DNA from: a bacterium
Lineage (GTDB): Bacteria > Hinthialibacterota > Hinthialibacteria > Hinthialibacterales > Hinthialibacteraceae
DNA: 64,000 nucleotides
Reading direction: 5' to 3'
Assembly (NCBI GenBank): GCA_963662285.2
Contig: CAXXMV010000008.1
Coordinates: forward strand, 544,001 to 608,000
Shown: positions 49,542 through 61,450 of the stretch, in pieces
How the letters are laid out: every line of letters starts with the position of its first letter
How positions within the stretch are numbered: the first letter of the stretch is position 1
Program-made: the position numbers and the translations under genes
The notes under the pieces: model-generated
What the model was told of the DNA's origin: nothing
Seen by the model: only the letters and a program-made list of their open reading frames with translations
Databases searched by the model: none

Positions 49542-50843
49542 ATGGTGGATAAAAAGAATACGCTCTCTAGACGTAATTTTCTAGGAACGGCTGCAGCAAC
49601 GGGAGGCGTCATCGCATTCAGCGTCGTGCCCAGCACCGTTTTTGCGGCGCCGCACAGAAAAGCGCCTAGCGATCAATTGCGTTTCGGAAATATCGGGGTT
49701 GGTGGACGCGGCAGCGGTTTTTTACGTCCCGGCGCCACAGTGGCTATTTGCGACGTCGATGAAAATCGTCTGGCTAAAGCAGCTGAACGGGTTGGCGGGA
49801 ATCCGAAACTTTACAAAGATTACCGCGACCTGCTCGATCAAAAAGACCTGGACGGCGTCTTTATAACTACGCCGGATCATTGGCATGCGCTAATGACGGT
49901 TCATGCTTGTGAGGCGGGTAAAGACGTCTACGTTGAAAAACCGGCCTGCAAAACCATCGAAGAAGGCCGCGCTATGGTCACGGCGGCTAACCGGTACGCA
50001 CGCATAGTTCAAGTGGGTTCGCAGGGACGTTCGCAGGAAGGCGCCTACTACGGCCACCGTTATATCAAAAACAATCAGATAGGCCGTGTCAAAGAAGTTC
50101 TGTGCTGGCATTATGAGAATCCCAAAGGCAACTGGACGCCTGATTCCGATCCTCCCCCCGAACTTGATTATGAACGATGGATCGGACCCAACCGATGGAT
50201 TCCATATAACAAAACCCATACTCATGGATCGTTCCGCTGGATGTTCGATTTCGGCGGCGGTCAGATTCGCGACAGAGGCGCCCATGTTATGAGCGTAGCC
50301 CTGTGGGTAATGGATAGCGATAACACTGGCCCCGTTACTATCGACGCCAAGTGCGACCCGCAATTCGATGGTCAATACGATGTACCGGAACATATGTATA
50401 TCGAATACCAATTCAAAAATCCCGACTGGAAGCTGGTCTGGGCCATGCCCGGCATCGCTCACGAGAAAGGCTTTAAGTGGACGCGTAAATCATACGGCGC
50501 CAATTACGTCGGCGATAAAGGCAACCTGATTATCAGTTATGGCGACACCGCCGAGACCGATACTGAGGAAAAAGCCAAAAAATACACCCCGCCAGCCAAT
50601 GGAGTTGAAGTTTTCCATAGCCCCGGTCATAGAGAGAACTTCGAGAATTGCATGCGCAGCCGTGAACAACCTCTGATGCATATCGAAGCGGCTCACCGCG
50701 TGGCGACCCTCTGCATTCTGGGCAACCTCTCTTATGCGCTGCGGCGTAAATTTGAGTGGGATCCGGTTAATGAATGCGTCAAGAATGACGACGAAGCCAA
50801 CCGCCTTCTCAGCCGTCCCGGCCGCGGCGAGTGGCAATTGTAA
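49542..50843 (+). CDS. Gfo/Idh/MocA oxidoreductase, Tat-exported
   Basis: SRRNFL; GVGGRG; TPDHWH; YVEKP; start placed at ATG 49542 behind GGGGAG. Confidence 0.92.
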   Translation: MVDKKNTLSRRNFLGTAAATGGVIAFSVVPSTVFAAPHRKAPSDQLRFGNIGVGGRGSGFLRPGATVAICDVDENRLAKAAERVGGNPKLYKDYRDLLDQKDLDGVFITTPDHWHALMTVHACEAGKDVYVEKPACKTIEEGRAMVTAANRYARIVQVGSQGRSQEGAYYGHRYIKNNQIGRVKEVLCWHYENPKGNWTPDSDPPPELDYERWIGPNRWIPYNKTHTHGSFRWMFDFGGGQIRDRGAHVMSVALWVMDSDNTGPVTIDAKCDPQFDGQYDVPEHMYIEYQFKNPDWKLVWAMPGIAHEKGFKWTRKSYGANYVGDKGNLIISYGDTAETDTEEKAKKYTPPANGVEVFHSPGHRENFENCMRSREQPLMHIEAAHRVATLCILGNLSYALRRKFEWDPVNECVKNDDEANRLLSRPGRGEWQL

Positions 50844-50866
50844 TCAGGTTAAAAGGAGAAAAAATC

Positions 50867-51940
50867 ATGACTACAACTACTAAATCAGGCCGGGGCGTAA
50901 TGGCCGCCGCATCTACGGCGCTTCTCGCAACGGCTGCGGGTAATACCGCATCCGCCGATCAAGACGCTTTCCTGGAAGGCATCTCAAGCGGCGATTCCAA
51001 AAAGATTGCCCAAGCATGGAAAACCGCTGAAAAGCAAGACCCCAGCGTCATTCTTCCTTTGGGTAAACTGCTGAGCCACGAAACCTTTGCCGTACGCAAA
51101 GGCGCCAGCGAGTGCCTGCTTAAACTGGCTCATTCCATTGGGAAAGATAACAAATGCCCCCGGCGCAAGGCAATAACCAATTATTTTCTGCAATTACTGG
51201 AATGTGATAAAACCAGTCAGGTATTCGCCTTCCGCACCCTGTCTCTTATCGCTGATGGCGATTCGGTTCCCTACATTGTTCCCTTCCTGAATGATGATGA
51301 TCTATTTGAAGAAGCTATATTCTGCCTGGAACGCATCCCCTGCCCTTCAGTGGGTAAAGTTCTGGTTGAAGCATTAGGCATTTTTCCTGATCAACACAAG
51401 CCGCGCATCATGGCTGCCCTGGCTCACATCAAAGAGGCAAAAGCGGTTCCATTGCTGGCTGAATTATTTAAATCTGATGACAAGGAATTGGCCGTGTTGG
51501 CCATGAAAGCCATCAGCCGGATTGGCGTAAAACCAGAGGAAAGACTCAGCCCTCCTGATTATAAATCATTAAGTTTTCGCCAACAGAAGATGTATATGGA
51601 TAGCGTATTACGTTTCTGTGATGAAATGATTAAACAAGGTGCTATCGATATACCCAAAGGTATTCTGGGCGAAATTCTCAAACAAGAAGACGACGAATTC
51701 GAAGAGCAGATTTTCTGCGCTGCTATTGTCAGCGCTTCAAAACTGACCGATGCTGATGCAGCAAAAGCCATTTGCAAGCAATTAGGCCGCACTTCCTATA
51801 TCATTCGCGATACAGCGGAAAAAGCCCTGGTTTGCATGAAGGGCGATGCGGTTGATGCTGTTCTGAAAGAAGCGCTGCAAAATACTGATGGAGATGTAAA
51901 GCAGAAAATCAGCGAGATTATTAAGAAACGTCAGGCATAG
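50867..51940 (+). CDS. HEAT-repeat protein
   Basis: Repeated helical L..L...A...L..I units; AAGGAG RBS before ATG 50867. Confidence 0.75.
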   Translation: MTTTTKSGRGVMAAASTALLATAAGNTASADQDAFLEGISSGDSKKIAQAWKTAEKQDPSVILPLGKLLSHETFAVRKGASECLLKLAHSIGKDNKCPRRKAITNYFLQLLECDKTSQVFAFRTLSLIADGDSVPYIVPFLNDDDLFEEAIFCLERIPCPSVGKVLVEALGIFPDQHKPRIMAALAHIKEAKAVPLLAELFKSDDKELAVLAMKAISRIGVKPEERLSPPDYKSLSFRQQKMYMDSVLRFCDEMIKQGAIDIPKGILGEILKQEDDEFEEQIFCAAIVSASKLTDADAAKAICKQLGRTSYIIRDTAEKALVCMKGDAVDAVLKEALQNTDGDVKQKISEIIKKRQA

Positions 51941-52045
51941 AATGTATTATTCTTTTTATCGGAAGGGTTTTCAATTTCACCCATCCCATCTCCCGGAGGA
52001 AGAGGGGGATTTGGTTGCCAGACATTTCTGACAGAGATAAAAACG

Positions 52046-52156
52046 GGTAGATGGGATCGTCTTATAGGCGATTCCATCTACCCTTATTCGTTTCTTCTTT
52101 TCACGCAATAAATATTTTCAAAGAAAACCTCAATCTCTAAAGAGATTGAGGTTTCT
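52046..52156. terminator. Two hairpins between convergent genes
   Basis: GGGTAGATGG...CCATCTACCC and AAACCTCAATCTCT-AA-AGAGATTGAGGTTT. Confidence 0.65.
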
Positions 52157-52196
52157 ATGTGTTAAGGTAAGAATAAAATCATATTGCACAGATAGT

Positions 52197-55100
52197 TTAT
52201 GGTTGATAAACAATATCCGTAGAGGTATTGTAAGGGCCATAGAATAGCGGATTTCCATTTTGAGTCAGCAAATAAATACTAAACCCGTATGTCTGACCAG
52301 TTTCCGGTCCATTTCTGAAAATCCTTCCAATTTCCGGATTACCAGATTTCCAAACCATGTAAGTGGATGTCGAATTTCCGGTTTTACCTAAATATTGAGT
52401 ACCGTTTGCGGTTTGAACATACACGTGAATATCTTTGACATTCGACATATCCACTCCGTTGAAATCGAGATTCCACCGTATTATCAAACTGGAATCAGTT
52501 TGAATGACATCTACGCCTGCCGTTTCCAGCGCTTGAATTGGCGTAGGCGTTGCATTGGGATCTACCGTCGGCGTTGCTGTCGGCGTCGGAGTCGCTGTCG
52601 GAGTCGGCGTTGCTTCCACTCCTGGAATAAGTGTCGGGGTATTGGTTGGCGTATTCTCCGGCGTAGGCGTCGCTTCAATTGGTAGATAAACAACATCTGT
52701 CGTTGTTTTGTAAGGTCCATAAAACGCAGGAAGCCCATTATTGGTAAGCACAAAAATACTGAACCTATAGGTTTGACCGATTTCCGGACCATTTTTAAAG
52801 GTTCTTCCAATTTCCTTATTGTTAGCTTTCCAAACCATGTAAGTAGATGTCAAATTCCCGGTTTTACCTAAATAGAAATAGTCGCCAATTCTATTTGCAC
52901 CCTCAAACACAGTTCCATCAACGGCCTGAAGATAAACATGAATATCTTTGACATTCGCCATATTCACATTAGGGAAATCCAGATTCCAACGAATTATCAA
53001 ACTGGATTCACCTTGGATAGCATCCACCCCAGCTGTTTCCAAGGATGGAACTGGCGTAGGCGTCATAGTCGGCATAGGAGTCATTGTCGGCGTCGGCGCC
53101 TCTAATCCTGGTTGGTATACAATACCATTAATGGTTCTATAAGGACCATAAAATGCGGGATTTCCATTTTTGGTCAAAACATAAATACGGAACAGATATG
53201 TTTGACCAATTTTTGGTCCATCTCTAAAGGATGATACGATACCCGGTTTGTTAGCTTTCCATTCTATGAAAGTAGAAGTCGAATTCCCGGTACGACTTAA
53301 GTATTTATAACCATCATTTCCATCACTGTTCTGAACATACACATGAATATCGCTGGTATTATCCAGATCAACTACAGTGGAATCCAAGTTCCAGCGTATT
53401 ATCAAACTGGAATCACCATGAATCACATCCACCGCTGGAGTCGGAATTGGCGACGGTGTAATAGTTGGAGTTGGAGTTGGAGTGTTTTCAACCAATTGAG
53501 GCGTCGGCGTCGGCTCTACTGCTGCCGGTTGGAAAAGAATATCAATTTGGTTTCTGAAAGGACCATAGAATATAGGACTTCCATTTTCGGTCAACACAAA
53601 AATGCTGAACCGATAGGTCTGACCAGCTTGCGGACCATTAATAAAGTTTGAGTTTAACAATTTATTACCGGATTCCCACACCAAGAATGTAGAAGTCGAA
53701 TCTCCTATATGGCCGAGGTAGTAATATCCACCAATTTCGTTAGTATTTTCAAACACAGCCCCATCAGCAGTCTGAAGATACACATGAATATCGTTGATAT
53801 TTTCCAGATCAACTCCAGGGAAATTCAGATTCCAGCGTATTATCAAACCTGTATCAGTTTGAAGTGCATCCACGCTAGCTGTAGCCAGAGCTGGAACTGA
53901 AGTTGGCGTTGATGTCGCTGTTGGTTCCACCGTTGGCGTCGATGTCGCTGTTGGTTCCACCGTTGGCGTCGATGTCGCTGTTGGTTCCACCGTTGGCGTC
54001 GATGTCGCTGTTGGTTCCACCGTTGGCGTCGATGTCGCTGTTGGTTCCACCGTTGGCGTCGATGTCGCTGTTGGTTCCACCGTTGGCGTTGATGTCGCTG
54101 TTGGTTCCACCGTTGGCGTTGATGTCGCTGTTGGTTCCACCGTTGGCGTTGAAGTCGTTGTTGGTTCTTCTATTGGAGTTGACGTTGCAGTGGGTTCCAC
54201 TACTGGCGTCGATGTTGCAGTTGGTTCAACCGTTGGCGTTGGCGTTGGATCTGGAGCTTCAACAGATATTGAGATGCCAGCCTCAGACTGAGCGGCGCCA
54301 TCACTTACAGAAAATACAAAAGAATCACTACCTGCAAATCCCTCGTTTGGCGTATAGGTCAATTCATTACTGCTCAAAATAGTTAGAACACCGTTCGAAG
54401 GCTGTGTAACCACAGTAAATGTATGTATATCTTCTTTATCAATATCATTGTAGGTTAAAGTAACATTCAGTGCAGTGTTTGAAAGCGTACTTAACGACTG
54501 CGCCAAAGCTACAGGAGCATCATTAACCGGAGTTACTGTGATTGATACACTAGCCGCAGAGCTGTATTTTCTTGGATCCAAGTCATGCGTCCTGTATAAG
54601 AAAGAATCGCTGCCGTAGTAATCAGCGTCGGGAATGTAAATTAATGTACCAGCATAGGATTGAAATTCTACCAAACTTCCATGTTGCGGGTTGGATATTA
54701 TCTTATAAGAATAAACGCCTCCATCAGCATCATGACCCTTCAATCTGATTTTAATACTCATGTCTTCCATTGTTGAATAAGACAAAGAAAGGGCGGTCGG
54801 TGGATCATCAACTGACGCTACAGTAATTGATACAGTCGCAGTTCCAGATTGAAGGACTCCATCACTGACCGAATACACAATTGCATCTGACCCGTAATAA
54901 TCTGGATTGGGTGAATAGGTGAGTCCTCCAGTAGAAGCATTAAACTGAGATATGGTTCCATTAGTTGGATTGACGTCAATTCGATAAGTTAAAGAATCTT
55001 CATCAGCATCATTACCTTGTAGCGTCACGTCTGCTGATTGATCTTCATCAGTTGTAACGCTCATATTCTGGACTGTAGGCCGATTGCTTACTGATATTTG

Positions 55101-57470
55101 TATAGTATCAGTGGCTGATGGATTCTGCTCATCATCTGTGGTTAATTCAAGTAAATAAGCGCCCAGTTTAACAGGTTGTAAAATAGGATTGCTCAATGCA
55201 GCATTGGAAAGCTGAGCGATATCGGTATCCGGGCCGGACAATATAATCCATGAATATACATAGGAATTATCACCACCGGTAGCAGAGCCATTGAGTTGAA
55301 CCGTATCACCAAAGGCAACCGCCTGATCAATTCCGGCATCCGCATCAACCTCAGCATTAATTGTCACGGTTACTGTAGCTGTATCGCTCAATCCATTACC
55401 ATCACTTATGGTATATATAAATGAATCGCCGCCGTAATATCCGGTATTGGGCGTATAAGTTGCTTGAGTTCCATTATGGCTTACTGTTCCATTAGCCCCT
55501 TGAGTAACTGAAGTGACAGTCATTGTATTTCCATCAGCATCACTATCGTTGGTCAATACAGAAACATTAACCAAGGTATTTAAAAAAGCGACGGCGCTGT
55601 CATTAACTGCAACCGGCGCATCATTCACATTATTTACTGCGACAGTAAATGATTTATCATAATATAAACTGCCGCTATCCGTGGTGCGAACAATGATTGT
55701 AAGAGAAGAGGTTGATTCGTAATCTATCGCTCCAGTCACAACGATTTGGTTAGTTGATATTCCAAACCGACCACCGGCGTCATCGACCAGGGCATAAGTA
55801 TGCGCGTCGCCAATATCCGGATCAGTAGAAGACAAGGTACAGACTAAAGTTCCAAGTGCGCTGTTCTCATCAACTGTGCCAGGATCAGGAGAAAGAGTGA
55901 TGTTTGTAGGAACCTCATTAACAGGCGTCACGGTTATAGAAAACGTACCTGACGCTGCAGTAGCGCCATTTTCACCACCATCAGACAACGAAAAATCAAA
56001 GTTGCCGGAAGTAGTTTCGCTTCCATCGTGAATATATTTAACCCTGCTATTGTCGATGTCGTCTTGGGTAAATGATGTTATAGCTGTACCTGCGGCGGTT
56101 GTTAATTCCAGTTGGCCGCTGGCCGGGCCGGACATGACAGTATATGTCAAACCTGCGCCACTATCGTCTACATCGCCTTCGTTGAGAACTGAATTTGCAA
56201 TAAAAACAGAAGCGCCTTCATTAACGGTTGAGCCATTGTTAGTTGCTACCATAGGTGAATCGTTGACTGCGTTGACTGTTATAGCAGCAGTTTCATAATC
56301 TGAACTGAACGTAGTTGAACCGCCAACAATTGTTGCATCCGCTGTTGCGCCATTGGTTCCGCTAGTTTGATCCCAGGCATAAAAAGTTATGCCAGCCGTC
56401 CCATTATAATTCAGACCGGGGACAAAACGTATTTTTGTACTTGCATCAGAAGCCAGCAAACAGGCTGTCGCCTGAGAAAGCGTCTCGAATGCAGTCCATC
56501 CGACGCCGGTGCTGAATTCCCAGGCGCCATTAGTATTATCAACGCTGATAACAGCCAAGCCTTCACTGGCGCCGGCATCACCATCCGTTATGCCAGTTCC
56601 ACCCAAACTGCTGATTATGGCTGATACCAGGCTTCCAGCGTTAGTTGTATCATCTTCATTGATGGCCGCAAGCGTTGGATCACCGCTATTATCCAAGGTC
56701 GGCGCTGTATTGGTTTCGTTAACATTGATGGTCATTGTATATGCGGAATTGCTGTAAACGGTTCCATCATGAACTTTGAACTGGAATGTAGTGAATGGAG
56801 TTCCAAATCCAACGCCAGGTTTGTACCGTAACTTGTTTGCATCAATCTCCGCCTTTGTAACTACATCGTTGTTAGATAATTCTTCGCCAGCGTTATATGA
56901 AGCGCTGGCATTTGCATCTTTGTATAGAGTACCAGATCCCGGGGCGACTGTAATCTGCACCTGAGATAATACATCTCCGGCGTCTTCATCGGAAAAAATA
57001 AATTCTGAGGCATTGAAAATTCTTTCTACTTCCTCAGAAATGGTAATGGCATTGTTAGCCGCTGTAGGAGGATCGTTCACATCAGTAACCGTCACAGTAA
57101 ACTGTTCTTCATAGGTTCCTGAATTGTTATCTGTAGTACGTATTCGTACGCTATAACTGGATTTATTTTCATAGTTAAGATCGGCTTTCGCCTTTAGCTG
57201 ATTGCCAACTATCTCGAATAAACTATTGTCTGTATCACCTGTTCCTGAAACCAGGGAGTATGTATGCGTATCTCCACCAGGGACTGGCGTCGGAGTCATT
57301 GTAGGCGTCATTACTGGCGTAGGAGTTGGAGCAATCCCAGGCGTCGCAGTCGGTCCTATCGCTAATGCACTAATAGGAACCATTGCTACACAACTGAAAA
57401 TAGACAATAAAATTATAACCTGTTTGCATAATTGTTTTTGGGATAAATTTGAAAGAACGTTTTGATACAC
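52197..57470 (-). CDS. Large secreted adhesin-like protein (cadherin/Ig-like/tandem-95 repeats, Pro-Thr linkers, 4 copies of an unrecognised C-terminal domain)
   Basis: AGGAG RBS and GTG start, signal peptide; repeated VND.P / T.V..VN boundaries; FTQDDID cadherin-like motif; PT repeats. Confidence 0.88.
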   Translation of the reverse strand: MYQNVLSNLSQKQLCKQVIILLSIFSCVAMVPISALAIGPTATPGIAPTPTPVMTPTMTPTPVPGGDTHTYSLVSGTGDTDNSLFEIVGNQLKAKADLNYENKSSYSVRIRTTDNNSGTYEEQFTVTVTDVNDPPTAANNAITISEEVERIFNASEFIFSDEDAGDVLSQVQITVAPGSGTLYKDANASASYNAGEELSNNDVVTKAEIDANKLRYKPGVGFGTPFTTFQFKVHDGTVYSNSAYTMTINVNETNTAPTLDNSGDPTLAAINEDDTTNAGSLVSAIISSLGGTGITDGDAGASEGLAVISVDNTNGAWEFSTGVGWTAFETLSQATACLLASDASTKIRFVPGLNYNGTAGITFYAWDQTSGTNGATADATIVGGSTTFSSDYETAAITVNAVNDSPMVATNNGSTVNEGASVFIANSVLNEGDVDDSGAGLTYTVMSGPASGQLELTTAAGTAITSFTQDDIDNSRVKYIHDGSETTSGNFDFSLSDGGENGATAASGTFSITVTPVNEVPTNITLSPDPGTVDENSALGTLVCTLSSTDPDIGDAHTYALVDDAGGRFGISTNQIVVTGAIDYESTSSLTIIVRTTDSGSLYYDKSFTVAVNNVNDAPVAVNDSAVAFLNTLVNVSVLTNDSDADGNTMTVTSVTQGANGTVSHNGTQATYTPNTGYYGGDSFIYTISDGNGLSDTATVTVTINAEVDADAGIDQAVAFGDTVQLNGSATGGDNSYVYSWIILSGPDTDIAQLSNAALSNPILQPVKLGAYLLELTTDDEQNPSATDTIQISVSNRPTVQNMSVTTDEDQSADVTLQGNDADEDSLTYRIDVNPTNGTISQFNASTGGLTYSPNPDYYGSDAIVYSVSDGVLQSGTATVSITVASVDDPPTALSLSYSTMEDMSIKIRLKGHDADGGVYSYKIISNPQHGSLVEFQSYAGTLIYIPDADYYGSDSFLYRTHDLDPRKYSSAASVSITVTPVNDAPVALAQSLSTLSNTALNVTLTYNDIDKEDIHTFTVVTQPSNGVLTILSSNELTYTPNEGFAGSDSFVFSVSDGAAQSEAGISISVEAPDPTPTPTVEPTATSTPVVEPTATSTPIEEPTTTSTPTVEPTATSTPTVEPTATSTPTVEPTATSTPTVEPTATSTPTVEPTATSTPTVEPTATSTPTVEPTATSTPTVEPTATSTPTSVPALATASVDALQTDTGLIIRWNLNFPGVDLENINDIHVYLQTADGAVFENTNEIGGYYYLGHIGDSTSTFLVWESGNKLLNSNFINGPQAGQTYRFSIFVLTENGSPIFYGPFRNQIDILFQPAAVEPTPTPQLVENTPTPTPTITPSPIPTPAVDVIHGDSSLIIRWNLDSTVVDLDNTSDIHVYVQNSDGNDGYKYLSRTGNSTSTFIEWKANKPGIVSSFRDGPKIGQTYLFRIYVLTKNGNPAFYGPYRTINGIVYQPGLEAPTPTMTPMPTMTPTPVPSLETAGVDAIQGESSLIIRWNLDFPNVNMANVKDIHVYLQAVDGTVFEGANRIGDYFYLGKTGNLTSTYMVWKANNKEIGRTFKNGPEIGQTYRFSIFVLTNNGLPAFYGPYKTTTDVVYLPIEATPTPENTPTNTPTLIPGVEATPTPTATPTPTATPTVDPNATPTPIQALETAGVDVIQTDSSLIIRWNLDFNGVDMSNVKDIHVYVQTANGTQYLGKTGNSTSTYMVWKSGNPEIGRIFRNGPETGQTYGFSIYLLTQNGNPLFYGPYNTSTDIVYQP
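53911..54240. repeat. Intragenic 30-bp VNTR (8 near-identical + 3 degenerate units; encodes [10 protein letters not shown])
   Basis: GATGTCGCTGTTGGTTCCACCGTTGGCGT(C/T) head to tail with no spacers. Confidence 0.92.
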
Positions 57471-59120
57471 GGTTTTCTCCTATTATTACAACAACTTAAA
57501 ATTAATTTTCTTATTATAAACTAAAACTTATCCTATTATAATTGATTAGTTTATTATTAATCAATTATCAGGGTCAGTTGTGGATAGATCGCCTACTACA
57601 GCGTTGCCTGAGTTTGCCTGTATGGTTAAATTGGTAATGCTGATATCAGTTGGATTATCATTGACGTTGGTTATATCCACATTCACCGTACCCAACGCCA
57701 CATTCGTTCCGCCGCCTGATCCGGTATTTCCGCTATCATTGGCGGTTAATATCAATGTGGTTACATTATCACCCTTTGTATTTGAAGCACCGGTATATTT
57801 GATGTTAGCCGCTGTGTTTAAGAATGTATCGATATTGGCAACAGTACCATTCAACGTCAGCGTCCCTGTTCCTGATCCGCCCACGGTGACGCTGCCGCCT
57901 GTTGAAGCGGTTAGAGTTCCAGCGCCCGCTACGATTGTAAGCGTTATGCTATTGGCGCCCGAATCAACATCGGATAATGTTACTGCTGATAAATCTACAT
58001 TACTTGCGGTATCTTCGGTTACGATAATATCAGTTGGAAGACTGGCGATGACGGGGTCATCATTGACTGCGTTCACGGTAATGTTGGCCGTATCGGTCGC
58101 CGTGCTGAAAGCCATAGCGTTTCCGTTCGTATCGGTATCCGTGGTACCGCCATTCGAACCGCTCGTTGTATCCCATGCGCGAAATGTAATTGCGCTCGAT
58201 ACGGTTCCGTTAAAATTAGCATTTGGCTGGAAATAAATGCGCGTGTTAGCGTCAGCCGCCAGTAAGCGTGAGGCCGATCCGCTGGGCGATCCTAATATGT
58301 TCCATGACGTACCGTTATTTGTACTGTAGCGCCAGCTGCCATTGGTTGCGTTAGACGCTGTTATTGCGATGCCGGTTGATGGTGTCGCGTCGGAATCGGT
58401 CACATTGGATAACGCACCGACTATATCCACGAGCGAAGAAATCAAAGTTCCAACCGCTCCCGAAGGCGCCCCGGCGTCTTCGTTTATTGCTCCCAAAACG
58501 GGAGTCTTTGTGTTATCCAAAACCGGCGCATCGTTTACTGCATTAACTGTGATCGTCGCTTGAATCGCAGAAGATGAATCGGCGCTATCGTTATCTTCCG
58601 CCACTGCCGTGATGGTTCCGCCTCCGTTCGGGCCGCCTGCAACCGTTAAATTCCCTCCCGTCGAGATCGCGAAAGTATCATTGGCATTGGCCCCGCCGTT
58701 GCGGATAAGGCTTAGGCTTGCGCCTGAATAATTCCCGGAGGCGCCGTTCAGCGCGTCAAACTCGGTATCGTTGACCGTTGCATTGCCGTCTAATGTAACC
58801 GCCGAACCGCCTTCCGTATACGCAGAGGTATTATCAACTCCGGCCAACACTGGCGCAGTATTTGAAATCGAAAATAGGATATTATCCAATCCCACACACC
58901 AGCCTGAAGCTCCTGCGTATGAAACAACCATAGACGTAACGTTTATCCAATCGGTTGGATTGAATGTCGCCAAAGAGCCAACAATTGAACCAGAATTGTC
59001 AGCTATTGTAATCGGGGTTCCGGAGGAGGGGGTAAACACATAATTTGTTCCCTCGTTATTATTCTGAAACTCACCTAGTTGAAATCGAGTGATCGTAATG
59101 CCTGTACTAAACGCTAAGGT

Positions 59121-61449
59121 CAGACCTCCTGAGCTCACCCGTGGTTTGCGGTTCTCGCGGGATTTTGTTAGGATACTGGAGGGAAGGCCAATCCTGCAGA
59201 GTATGAGGGAGTTAAAAAAATGCCGCAGACCTTATTACCTCTATTCGCATCAGGCGAAGGATTCATATCCGAGTTGATTTCCTATCAAAAAAAAGATGGA
59301 TCGGTGTACTACTTTCATGCCGGATTACCGGTTTTCAGTCATGGGGAAACCGACCTGAAAAGTTTCCGCATGTTCACCAGCCAGTTGGCGGTCAGTGGAG
59401 TCTGCCGCCAAGTTGACATCGTTAGAGCCTTTGGCATCAGCGCCATCAGTATGAAGCGATGGGTCAAGAAATACCGCGAGGAAGGCCCGGAAGCATTCTT
59501 CAAAACTCCGCGCCGACGCAGCGAACATGTCCTGACGCCGGAGGTGTTGCAAAAAACCCAAGACCTCTTATCGCAGGGCGTGAGCCGTTCCGAAGCAGCG
59601 AAGCAAATGAATCTAAAATCGAATACCTTGTCGAAGGCGATCTGCGCAGGCCGCTTGACCGAACCGGTAAAAAAAAAGACCTGAACGGCAGCAACAAAAG
59701 CCAGCGCAGCGCGGCGGATCATGCCGCTCCCATGGGGATGGGATGTACGCGGGTCGTGGAGCGGGTCTGCGCGGCGACGGGGCAACTCAGCGAAGCGCCC
59801 ACCCGTTTCGAGACCTCGCTGGACGTCTGCAATGGCGGCGTGCTTTGGGCGCTGCCGGCGTTATCGGCCAATGGATTGTTGACCAAAACAGAAGCCTTGT
59901 TCTCCCTGCCCAAAGGTTATTATTCCTGCATTCATATTTTCCTGCTGTTAGCTTTCATGGCCTTGATCCGGATCAAGACCAACGAACAGTTGCGCTATTT
60001 TCCGGCGGGAGAAGGGGGCAAATGGCTGGGATTGGATCGAATCCCCGAAGTGCGGACCTTGCGGGAAAAGATCAAAATCCTGGCGGCGCCCGAATCGGTC
60101 GCGCAATGGAGCCGCATCTTGTCACGGCATTGGATGGATAACAATCCAGAGGCGGCGGGAGTTCTGTATATCGATGGACACGTACGCGTCTATCACGGCT
60201 CGCAAACCCCGCTCCCCAAACGGTACGTGGCGCGCGACCGCTTGTGCATGCGGGGCACGACCGACTATTGGGTAAACGATCAGCAGGGCGATCCGTTCTT
60301 CGTGGTGAGCACGCCGTTCACCGCGGGATTGCTGGATATGTTGAAACGCGAGATCGCGCCGCAACTGCTGCAGGATGTTTCCAACCAGCCCAGCCCGCAA
60401 CAACTCGAAGCGAATCCTTATTGCCATCGGTTTGTCATGATCTTTGACCGTGAGGGATACAGCCCAACCTTCTTCGCGGAGATGCGGACGCTCCGCATCG
60501 CCTGCCAAACCTACAACAAGTATCCCAAAGAAGATTGGCCGGAAGCGGAATTCACCGAGGTCAATGTGGAGATGCCCGGCGGCCATTCATCCCGCATGAA
60601 ATTGGCTGAACGAGGGGTGTTCCTGGGCCGGGTTTTGTGGGTGAGGGAAATCCGGAAACTCACAGAAAGCGGTCACCAAACCTCGGTGATCAGTACGGAT
60701 TACGCCTCTGATTTCACCCGTATTGCGGCGCATATGTTCTCGCGATGGTCACAGGAAAACTTTTTCCGTTATATGATGCAACACTATGGAATTGATCGGC
60801 TTATCGACTACGATCTCGTCAAGCCGGATGATACCGTGAAAGTGGTCAATCCCGCCTATCGTTCTTTGGAAGGCCGGATAAAAAAACAAGCGGGACGATT
60901 GGGAAGAAAGAAGGCGGAGTTTGGAACTTTGGCGCTGACGGAATCCCAGGTGGAGGAGAAAGATATCTTATCCTTTGAACAAAAAAAGGGGGAAATCAAA
61001 GAAGATATCGAGCAGTTGGAGCATGAACTGGCCGGGATGAAGGAGGAACGTAAAACGGTTGACAAGCACTTGCCGCTTAATCAACTGCCGGAGCCGGAAC
61101 GGTTTTTGCAACTCGCTCCGACGCGCAAACAATTTCTCGATGCGATTAAAATGATCGCCTATCGGGCGGAGACGGCCATGGCGATGATTGTGCGAACAAA
61201 ATTGGCCCGAAGCGACGATGCCCGCTCATTGATTCGGGAAATATTTGCGACGGAAGCGGATCTCATTCCGGATGAGGAAAACAAAACCTTAACGGTGCAG
61301 TTGCACCATTTGACCAACCACCTATCGGATCAAGCCGCCCGCAACTTAGCAGCGAATCTCAACGCCACAGAAACCATCTACCCCGGCACGGAATTGCGAC
61401 TAATCTACAAACTGGTATCGGATGAAATTCCACCAGATCAGGAGGTCTG
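59121..61449 (+). mobile_element. Two-ORF DDE insertion sequence, family unassigned (~2.33 kb)
   Basis: Terminal IR CAGACCTCCTGA / TCAGGAGGTCTG flanked by AAGGT direct repeat (equivalently a 13-bp IR with 3-bp AGG TSD); the empty site restores the host reading frame. Confidence 0.9.
59220..59684 (+). CDS. IS orfA, HTH DNA-binding part of the transposase
   Basis: RQVDIVRAFGISAISMKRWVKKYREEG HTH; ends on slippery A AAA AAG. Confidence 0.8.
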   Translation: MPQTLLPLFASGEGFISELISYQKKDGSVYYFHAGLPVFSHGETDLKSFRMFTSQLAVSGVCRQVDIVRAFGISAISMKRWVKKYREEGPEAFFKTPRRRSEHVLTPEVLQKTQDLLSQGVSRSEAAKQMNLKSNTLSKAICAGRLTEPVKKKT

Positions 61450-61450
61450 A
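59670..61450 (+). CDS. IS orfB, DDE catalytic part (likely fused to orfA by -1 frameshift)
   Basis: LYIDGHVRVYHG, IFDREGYS, RWSQENFF; in the -1 frame relative to orfA, overlapping an A9G run at 59669-59678. Confidence 0.8.

Noticed and set aside
53911-54240. CRISPR array
   Set aside because: The 30-bp units are contiguous with no unique spacers, encode an in-frame Pro/Thr linker, and no cas genes are present.
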